The translations under genes and the position numbers were made by a program. A model generated the notes under the pieces. The model did not search any database. It worked only from the letters and a program-made list of their open reading frames with translations, and was not told the origin of the DNA. This document shows, piece after piece, positions 54,057 to 64,000 of a stretch of DNA of 64,000 nucleotides; the stretch's first letter is position 1; every line of letters starts with the position of its first letter. Origin of the DNA: Octopus sinensis (Eukaryota); the NCBI RefSeq assembly GCF_006345805.1, contig NC_043008.1:36890001-36954000 (forward strand). Reading direction: 5' to 3'.

Positions 54057-54620
54057 ATATATATATATATATATATATACATGCACACATGCATATATAT
54101 AGGAAAAGTAATAAGCAAGGTTGCGTTAAATTTTTATACATGTATACATTTTTGTTTGAATAAAACAAGTTTACTTTTTTAATGCAGGAGGTAAATATTT
54201 TTTAAAAAAATATTTATATATTTATGAAAGCAAAACTACAAAATTTTGTTTTTACATAACAAATATTTTTATACAATAGTTTTACTGAAAATATATTATT
54301 ATATGTATTCACAAAGTGAGTTTTTACGTACACAGCATAAAAACTATGTATATATATAATGAAGCATTGGTGCAAAGCAGTGTTTAGGTATAAGCTCAAT
54401 TTAGGTTAGTTGAAATATATTTGTCACATATTTCAACTGCTAAAGGCAAATACACTGCAGTTATCTCCCTTATGGTAAAAGGTGTGAAAACACCTAGTTC
54501 GTTCAGTGTCCCCATCTGTCAGGAATCTCAGACATTGATGTTTCAAGTTTTTTGACTCTTGTCATTTTAGGTGCACCTCATTGACCTAAATTGGGCTCAT
54601 ATATATATATACATATATAT

Positions 54621-54677
<57 letters not shown>

Positions 54678-54678
<1 letters not shown>

Positions 54679-54795
54679 TTTATTTAAAAGCAGCAGAAAT
54701 TTAACAAAAGCTGTTACTTGAAGTTTCATGTTCGAATGGGAACGTGAAACTCCGAGTAACAGCTTTTGTTAAATTTCTACTGCTTTTAAATAAAG
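54678..54795. repeat. Near-perfect palindrome (56-bp arms, 6-nt loop)
   Basis: CTTTATTTAAAAGCAG...TTTCATGTTC-GAATGG-GAACGTGAAA...CTTTTAAATAAAG, with 4 mismatches. Confidence 0.92.
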
Positions 54796-54866
54796 CATAT
54801 ACTCTACCTATGGTATTTGAGTACTCTTTTTTCCACCTTGTTTCACATTTATGTGTTTACTCTGGT

Positions 54867-54897
<31 letters not shown>

Positions 54898-54982
54898 TAA
54901 TCAGCTTGTGTGGGCAACACATGAAACTCTTGGCTCTTGAGTCACTCCGTAACACACACACACATGTGTATATATATATATA

Positions 54983-55396
54983 TACTCTTTTACTTGTTTC
55001 AGTCATTTGACTGTGGCCATGCTGGAGCACCACCTTTAGTCGATCAAATCGACACCAGGACTTATTCTTTGTAAGCCTAGTACTTATTCTATCGGTCCCT
55101 TTTCCAAATCACTAAGTTACGGGGACGTAAACACACCAGCATCAGTTGTCAAGCGATGTTGGATGGGGGGGGGGAACAAACAGATACACACAAACATATA
55201 CACACATACATATATATATAGATATATATATACGACAGGCTTCTTTCATTTTCCATCTACCAAATCCACTCACAAGGCTTTGGTCAGCCCGAGGCTATAG
55301 TTGAAGGCACTTGCCCAAGGTTCCATGCAGTGGGACTGAACCCGGAACCATGTAGTTGGTAAGCAAGCTACTTACCACACAGCCACTTCTATGCCT
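54983..55396 (-). mobile_element. Abundant SINE family, full copy
   Basis: Same family, minus orientation. Confidence 0.9.
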
Positions 55397-55834
55397 ATAT
55401 ATATACATATATTTATGTATATATATAGTTGTTTAAGAATCCAAGAGTCAAAACAAAAACAGAAAGCAAGCACTCCTGTAGTTGTTGATAGAGTAAGTAT
55501 ATTAATTATTTACATTGTACAGCATTATATTACCATTCCAGCTAATTTTCCTAATCAGTTTTGTATGTAAGAATTTGGCAGCTTTTACACATGAGAAGGC
55601 AAGGTAGTGAATGAATGGTAGAAATGAAAACCAGGAAAACAGAGATTGGTGCTTATTTTGGTATTATTATTGAGGGATTTCTGATAGAATCAGATTATCT
55701 AAAGTGATAGGAAACACAGGATAACCTGTGATGTACAGAAGGAGGCTGGATGTTGAGATAGAGGAAAGGCCAAAAGAAGTAGTGGTGGTGGTGGCGTTGG
55801 TGATGGTGGTAGAACTTTTCTTTAAATTTGTGAG

Positions 55835-55939
55835 CTATGCTGAGAAAGGGAACAAGAAAAATGAGCTGCAAACTTCCATGAGACAGATGAAATATTCCAA
55901 ATTTGATGAGGGAGAAGAAATATTGATATTAAGAGAACA
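55835..55939 (+). other. Candidate coding exon (unidentified)
   Basis: Flanked by AG and GTGAGT. 105 bp, symmetric phase, open frame YAEKGNKKNELQTSMRQMKYSKFDEGEEILILRE. No family recognised. Confidence 0.2.
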
Positions 55940-56177
55940 GTGAGTGCCTCCCACCACCACTACCACCATGCCCTCATGGTGGTAAGGAATATTAATAAGA
56001 ACAGACCATATTTCATTGAAGAACAGAACATTAGATTAAAGAAGAGACAAAAAGATAACTTTAACATGTTAAAACTGCAAAGTAGTGAATGAAGTAGAAA
56101 TTGAATCTGGGAAAATGGAGATTGGTGTTTATCTTGGCACATATTCATTTATTGTACAGGGATATATATATATACAT

Positions 56178-56217
<40 letters not shown>

Positions 56218-57299
56218 TATATATATAATATATATATATATGTAATTATATATATGTATATATATATATGTATATATATTATATATATGTGTATATATAT
56301 AATATATATATATATATAATTATATATATATATATATATATATACCATCATACATGTGTGTATGTGAAGTAATGTTACAGTGAGTTGTGTTCCTTTATGT
56401 CTAAAAGGTAACTTTATACTTCATGAAATGGTGATTGACAAAATAATACCAGACTGATAAAACTAGTGAAGTTAATATAAATCATCTCAAAAACGAGACA
56501 TTCAGAGAGTCTTGCCTCAGCATGGTCGCAATCCAGTGACAGTAAAAGTATAAAAGCCAATGAAAATACATAACTAAATTCTGAAAAGAAATTACTTTAG
56601 TACAGAATATTTCTATAGGTTTTACGTCAACCATGTAAGTATAGACAGATATAGACTCTTTGAGCTTATATAAAATATCTTCATCGACGACAAAAGAGAG
56701 ATTAAATGGGCCAGCTTTAATCCTGTGATGGGATTTCATCAGTGACAGTGTACATTCTTTAACTGTTCGTGGTGACTCTGCTTATGTCTCCAGTATAGGG
56801 ACAAAGCATGTTCACATCACAACCATACAGTATTGGATTTAGTCCCACTGCACACTTCCTTGGGCATGTGTCTTCTACCTCAGGCCTGGACCAACCAATG
56901 ACTTGTGAGTGAATTTCATACATGGAAACTGTACAGAATCTCAACCATTGATCCCTACAAATTTTTTCTCTCTCCGTTCTTTGTTCTTTGTTCTCTCTCC
57001 ATTTTCCCTCTCAATCTTCTCTGTCAAAGGGCATAGGCTTGAAATATCATTGACTTTTCCATTCTTCCAGAGCATCAAACTAATAGACCTACTTGTTGTT
57101 CCCTCACCTATTGTCATCTTTATCGCTAGCCACTACACATTCTTTATTTTCTCTCCTTGTTTCTTTCTGTTTTGCTTTCTGTGTAAGAGCGTAGGCTTGA
57201 AATGTTAAAGACTTTTTCACTTCCCAAACATTAAACTAATACAAATGCTTGCTGTCTACACCACTTGTCTTTGTCTTTTGTTTTTTGTGACCCCCCCCC

Positions 57300-57354
<55 letters not shown>

Positions 57355-58185
57355 ATTTGGCCGATACCAGTGTCACGTAACTGGCATTCATGCCAGTGGC
57401 ACATAACAAGCACCACTTGAACTTTGGGCCTCATGGAGGCAGTGACAAATGACCGAAACCTTTGGCAATATAACATGCTTGATAAGACCTATCAAGCCAA
57501 GTGAGATCACAGTCATGGCTGATGCCGGTATTGCATAATTGGCATCCGTGCCAGTGGAACGTCAAAAGTACCCTCTACACTCATGGAGTAGTTGATTTTA
57601 GGAAGGGCATCCAGCTATAGAAACTTTGTCACATCAGACTGGAACCTGGTGCAGCTTTCCAGCTTACCAGTTTCCAGTCAAACCATTCAACCCATGCCAG
57701 CAAGGAAAACAGACGTTAAACGATGATGATGATGATGATTAATGTGAATGGCAGAATTAGTACCTGAGTCAATTTGTTTAACTAAAATTCTTCAAGGTGG
57801 TGTGCCAGTGTAGCCACTGTCTGATGACTGAAATGAATAATCAATAAAAAGGTAAATAAATACTCACCTGACAGCTACTTTAATTAATGAATTACTGGTA
57901 TGTTAACACTATTGTGTTTCGACATTTTTTTCTATCTTTCCTACTTCTACTCTGCTACCCTTATTATGATAACTTTTTGAAATTTTTTTTATATTGGTTT
58001 GAACCAATCTTAGAATTGATTGGTTCTTATTTTACCAATGCCTGAAACGTGAGATGCAAAGTTGGCCTCTGCAGGATTTGAAATTCTCAACATAATGAGT
58101 TAGAACTAAATGCCACAATGAATATATTTTTTGCACTGTGCTCTAATTCTGTCAGTGGCTAAAGAACTACAACTATCTAGGGCAT

Positions 58186-58229
<44 letters not shown>

Positions 58230-58704
58230 TACAGACACACATATATATATATACATATATTTATACACATTTATACACATACCTATCCATACACACACAC
58301 ACATGTATATGTATATATACTCATATTTATATATGTATATTTATATGTATATGTGTTTATGTGTGTGTATGTATGGATGTATGTGTGTGTGTGTGTATAT
58401 ATATATATATGTTTATTTATATAAATGTCTTTCAGTCTTTTCCACAGAGATTAGACATTTTTCCCACAGTGCTGAAGAAAAGATGTAGATATAAGCAACT
58501 CTAACAGACAAATGAAGGGATGAATAGTTTGATGGATTGACAGGAGAAGGGACAGACAGACAGACAGATGGAGAGAGATTGTTATATAGATAGAAAGACG
58601 GATATATTGACAACTAGATAAAAGATTGACAAATGATAGACTGACACAGATGGATTGATAGATGGAATCTTACGTTAGTAGCTAAATGATAGACAAGCAG
58701 TATG

Positions 58705-58742
<38 letters not shown>

Positions 58743-59808
58743 ACGTATGAATACATAGGCACAGGCATGGCTGTGTTGTAAGAAGGTTGCTTCCCAACCA
58801 CATGGTTCCAGGTTCAGTCCCACCGCGTGGACCCTTGGGCATGTTTCCATTACTATAGCCTTGGGCCAACCAAAGCCTTGTGAGTGGATTTGGTTGACAG
58901 AAACTGAAAGACGCCTGTCATATGTATATATATATATGCACATATAGGCACTACTACCACTACTAGGCATAAGCATGGCTGTATAGTAAGAAACTTGCTT
59001 CCCAATCACAAGGTTCCTAGTTCAGTCCCACTACAAAGCACCTTATACTAGTTTCTCCTACTATAGTCTCAGACCTACCCATTACACTTTTGGAGTGGTT
59101 GGCGTTAGGAAGGGCATCCAGTTGTAGAAACCATGTCAAGTCAGATTGAAATCTAGTGCAGCTCTCCTGCTTACCAGTTTCATTCAAACCATCTAACCCA
59201 TGCCAGCATGGAAAGCGGATGCTAAATGATGATGATGATGGCAATGATGATGACGATGATGATATATGTATGTGTGTGTGTGTACTTACACCTGTAGAGA
59301 ATTGACAAAGTCATTTAGAGCATCTGATAGAAACCATTGTTCTATGTGTTCTGGCTCTCTGTACTCCAAGTTCTAATCCCACCAAGTTCAAGTTGCTTTT
59401 TATCCTTCTGGGGTCGGTAGGGGTCAGTAAATGAAATTGTAGACAAGTGCTGGTGCTGCACACTCTCCTGGTTTCAAATCCTAAATGTTGCAGTAAGTTG
59501 GCAGCACCAAGTGAAACTTTGTGCCTGCTCACTAGTTCATGTGTACCTAGAATCTATTAGTTCATATTGAGTGATGGCCACATATATGTGTGCATATAAT
59601 ATATATATATATATATATATTGATATATATATATTGATAGATAGATAGATAGACAGATAGATATATCATATATATATATATTATATATATATATATCGAG
59701 AGAAGAGAGAGAGAGAAGAGGGAGAGCGAGATAAACACACACACATATATGATGTTTATATTTAGAGAATATGTGTAGATACAGGTATGTATAATAAACA
59801 CATGCACT

Positions 59809-59856
<48 letters not shown>

Positions 59857-60567
59857 GTGTATATATATATATATATATATAATATATATAGATATATATA
59901 TATATATACTATATATACCTATATATAGAAATATGATTGTGTTCATGCCTATATTTCTGATATGTCTGTGTAAGGTGCACTGATTGTCTTTCAATTCTCT
60001 TGCCAAAAGTGTCAGCTGTCACAAGCACATCTCAAGAAACATTTACCTTTTTTTAGTTGGCAGTCCATGTGCACGTAGCATCCACGTATCTATGTATGTA
60101 TGTATGCACGCATGTGTGCACACGTTTGCATACAACAAGGCATGTATGATGTGTGTGTGTGGTGGGGGATGGAGTGGGAGGAGTATGGGGTGGGGTGTGT
60201 CACACGAGCACCTGGCAGAAACAACACCTTGCTGATATCAGTTCTCATCTACCAGGGACTTAAATTTCAACTTCCCATCCATGTGCTGCCATCTTGTTCC
60301 TAACTTTTTTTCACTTCCACTCTGCCACTCTGCTACTCTGCTTGAAATACCTTCCATCACACCACCCTCCTACTTGCTCCTTCCCGTACTGCATTCAGCA
60401 TGCAGATGCAACAACACACACACATACACCACACACACATACACACATATACTGTGTAATATCCTACACAGGTTTTTACACAAGTATAGCTTTGGCCTGG
60501 GGATAAACCGAGATACGACACTGAGGATTGGGATAAGCAAATGAAACAGCTAAGGGTTACTCTTACT

Positions 60568-60995
60568 CTTTACTCTTTTACTTGTTTCAGTCATTTGACT
60601 GAGGCCATGCTGGAGCACCGCCTTTAGTCGAGCAAATCGACCCCAGGACTTATTCTTTGTAAGCCCAGTACTTATTCTTTCGGCCTCTTTTGCCGAACCG
60701 CTAAGTGACGGGGACGTAAACACACCAGCATCGGTTGTCAAGCAATGCTAGGGGGACAAACACAGACACACAAACATACACACAAATACATATACTCTTT
60801 TACTTGTTTCAGTCATTTGACTGCGGCCATGCTGGAGCACCGCCTTTAGTCGCGCAAATCGACCCCGGGACTTATTCTTTGTAAGCCCTGTACTTATTCT
60901 ATCGGTCTCTTTTGCCGAACCACTAAGTGACGGGGACGTAAACACACCAGCATCGGTTGTCAAGCAATGCTAGGGGGACAAGCACAGACACACAG

Positions 60996-61030
<35 letters not shown>

Positions 61031-61201
61031 CATATATACGACAGGCTTCTTTCAGTTTCCGTCTACCAAATCCACTCACAAGGCACTAGTCGGCCCGAGG
61101 CTATAGCAGAAGACACTTGCCCAAGGTGCCACGCAGTGGGACTGAACCCGGAACCATGTGGTTGGTAAACAAGCTGCTTACCACACAGCCACTCCTGCGT
61201 C
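60568..61201 (-). mobile_element. Abundant SINE family, full copy plus tandem duplicate of its 3' half
   Basis: TACTCTTTTACTTGTTTCAGTCATTTGACTG occurs at ~60571 and ~60793 (offset 222). Confidence 0.9.
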
Positions 61202-62422
61202 TATTTGTGTATTTGTTGTGTATTTGGATTAAGGGGACAGGTGAGGATTTTGGTGATTGTCATGGTGGTGGTAGTAGTGGTGAGATGTCATTATATTATT
61301 CAATATTCATATTCGTTGTTGTTGTTGCTGTTCTGAAACATTGTCATTCTGTTTTTTTTTCATGCTTTTCCTTCATCTCTATTTTTGATTTTAATTTACT
61401 GTGAATTGTAGTCTTTGTAGCAGCAGCAGCAGCATTATTAATGGTTGTAGTGGTGGTGTTGGTTATAGGGGTGATGGTGATAGTAGTAGTGGTAGTAGTG
61501 GTTGTGGTAGTGGCAGGGTGATGATACTAATAGTAGTGATGGTGGTGGTTGTGGTAATGGTGGTGATAGTAATAATAATAATAATAATAGAAATGGTGGT
61601 GGTAGTGGTAGGGTTGGTGGTAGTAGAGGTAGTGGTGGTGGTGGTGGTGGTCATGGTAGAAATAGTGGTGGTGGTGATAGTAGTAGTAGTAGCAGCAGCA
61701 GCACAGCAGCAGTGCTAAAGCGTTTCTGTACTTTTGGAGGCAATTGTTGTTGCTGTTATCGTTGCTTAGCTACAAGGTCAACACTGATCAAGCAAAGCTG
61801 TCACAGACTTCCATGACCACCCACACTGGCATCCTCCACTCCAACTTCCCTCTGAGGTCATCTTTGGTAGTTCTCGTTTATATTTATTTATGGCAGAGTG
61901 CAATTTGAGGGAGGTTTGGCTGCAATTTCTTGCATGCCTATAAGCATCTGATGTTGTCCTTTCTTTTCCTTACTTGCATGGAGTGTTTGAGAGTGATGAG
62001 GTATTTACTGCAGGATGTCCTTCCAAAAAGCAACTTTTAACTGTTTCTCAAATAACGGATTACTTCTTTCACACAGCATGAAGGCATGAAGGGCCCAGAG
62101 GATTTGCTGATAGAAAACACTGACAACACTTCTGTACAAGTGAGTGCAGATGTAAATATGCACACACACATACACAGACGCACACATACACAATGATCTT
62201 TTTTTGGGTTCTGACAAACAAATCCACCCCCAAGGCTTCAGTGAATTCAGAGCTATAGTAGAAAATAGTTGCCAAAGGTCTACATAGTGGAGCTGCACCT
62301 GAAACCATGTAGTTGGGAAGTGAATATCTCAACTACGCAGCTACGCTTGCACCTGTCTCTCTGTCCATCTATCAGTCTATCTATGTATCTCTCAGTTGGT
62401 CTATCTATCTATCTATCTATCC

Positions 62423-62473
<51 letters not shown>

Positions 62474-62602
62474 ATTTATCTATCTATCCATCTATCTGTC
62501 CATCTATCTATCCATCCATCTTCCATCCATCCATCCATCCATCCATCCATCTATTCATCTATCTATCTATCTATCTATCATCTATCTATCTATCTATCTA
62601 TC

Positions 62603-62677
<75 letters not shown>

Positions 62678-62680
62678 ATA

Positions 62681-62807
62681 TAATTAAGGGATCAGCAAAA
62701 TTTGCGCTTCACCACATACCGAAATTTAGAAATAGCAGTCAACCTACTAATTCTAGAATTCTAAATTTCGGTATGTGCTGAAGCAAATTTTGCTAATACC
62801 TTAATTA
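62681..62807. repeat. Inverted repeat (~50-bp arms, ~27-nt loop)
   Basis: TAATTAAGGGATCAGCAAAATTTGC...ACATACCGAAATTTAGAA pairs with TTCTAAATTTCGGTATGTG...GCAAATTTTGCTAATACCTTAATTA. Confidence 0.88.
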
Positions 62808-63400
62808 TATTTATAATTATAAAAAAAGTTTTTGTATAAGTTTTTACTGATAATGTTTTTTTTTTCATGCCGAACTACCTGGTAAAATTGTTAATGATTA
62901 AATTAATAATTTTGTACCTTATATCTATAATATAAAATATATATATAATAATATATATATATATAATATATGGTACAAAAACATGAAAACAGTAAAAAAT
63001 ACAGGCAACAGAGTATATTAGGTTGACGTTGACATATGTTTATGTGTGTGTCTGTTCATGTCTCCTTTCTCTTGACAACACATGATTAGTATGAACGTCC
63101 ATTTTCAGTTACTTTCATACAAGCAATGTCATTTATTTCCTGGCCACCATGAAAAAATGCCTGGCCATGAAAGAATATTAGCCTGCTTGGAAATAGGTGA
63201 GTTTTGGCTCCAGGAAGGGCAGCTAGCTATATAAATCCTGCCTCAATGAATTTCTTGTGACCAATGCAAGCTTGAGAAAGTGGACATTAAAATCCATAAA
63301 ACCATAATGATGATGATGTTTGTCTCTTCATTGGCTTGTGACCATTTGGTTTCACTTGTTTTGATTGTAAAAACTAACCCTGGTTCAATTTGAACCAAAG

Positions 63401-63625
63401 GTACCTATTTCTTTACTACCCACAAGGGGCTAAACAGAGAGGACAAACAAGGACAGACAAACGGATTAAGCCGATTACATCAACCCCAGTGCGTAACTGG
63501 TACTTAATTTATCGACCCCGAAAGGATGAAAGGCAAAGTCGACCTCAGCGGAATTTGAACTCAGAACGTAGCAGCAGACGAAATACCGCAAAGCATTTCG
63601 CCCGGCGTGTTAACATTTCTGCCAG
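63401..63625 (-). mobile_element. SINE with conserved GCCTTTCATCCTTTCGGGGTCGATAAA..AAGTACCAG central domain
   Basis: Best-preserved copy. Decayed copies at ~3580-3705, 9770-9900, 11900-12110, 15460-15660, 15780-15970, 21770-21980, 46780-47000, 49440-49660 and 50370-50520. The domain resembles the Meta-type SINE core (inference). Confidence 0.8.
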
Positions 63626-63760
63626 ACATAACTAAGAACTTGGGAATCATTTATTTTGGTTCTATCATTTTTAAAAATGGTTTATAACATCGATTCAATG
63701 CCATAAATTTGTATGGTGAGGCAGTGAAGAAAATATGTGTGTGTGATAGAATCTTTCTAG

Positions 63761-63843
63761 CACCCATAATATAGATCTGTCCCACCACCCCAGGGGCGAA
63801 AATGAAAGAACACCACCCTCTAGACTTGTGTTTATAGAGAGAT
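63761..63843 (+). other. Candidate coding exon (unidentified)
   Basis: TCTTTCTAG acceptor and GTAAGT donor. The single open frame reads THNIDLSHHPRGENERTPPSRLVFIER. No family recognised. Confidence 0.22.
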
Positions 63844-64000
63844 GTAAGTGTGCAACACAAGGCATTTTGATTGGTGCTCTACTATTTCAACGATTGCTTC
63901 CACCTCCATCCTCCTTATCATGCCAAAATAACAATCTAATGGGAATCAAAATAACAATAATGAAATAGTGATGATGAAGAAATAACACCAATACTACTAC

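Noticed and set aside
56619-56634. Possible micro-exon encoding FYVNH (WW-domain-like)
   Set aside because: Five residues with no adjoining WW exons found, so likely chance. Coordinates approximate.
57820-57840. Other CTGATGA matches (also ~18716, 38318, 38400 and 10445 on the minus strand)
   Set aside because: No flanking stems I-III or correctly placed GAAA/NUH, so these are not hammerheads.

Overview
AT-rich eukaryotic genomic DNA dense in microsatellites and dispersed repeats. The SINE families and the (TA)n/(GAT)n/(AAT)n load suggest a cephalopod, probably Octopus (inference from repeat families, not checked by search). I cannot confidently identify any protein-coding gene. Nearly all ORF-track entries are microsatellite read-throughs or decayed transposon fragments: CR1, RTE, R4/Dong, HERO-like, Penelope-like and DD37D/maT-like mariner. 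The standout is an ~8.2 kb array (23187-31431) of a ~488-bp unit: 14 full units plus one partial, then ~2.3 units in inverted orientation, bounded by (TA)n on both sides. Each unit carries a type I hammerhead ribozyme motif: stem I ATTTCTTG/CAAGAAAT, core CTGATGA, stem II ATCCG/CGGAT enclosing an unusual 58-nt insert, GAAA, stem III ACGG-TATA-CCGT and a GUA cleavage triplet. There are 17 copies on both strands, some disrupted by indels. This looks like a retrozyme-like or ribozyme-satellite system that could cut multimeric transcripts into ~488-nt monomers. A second, Penelope-like repeat with a degenerate minimal hammerhead core lies at 35050-35658. Several long fold-back structures occur at 47.9-49.3 kb, 54.7 kb and 62.7 kb.
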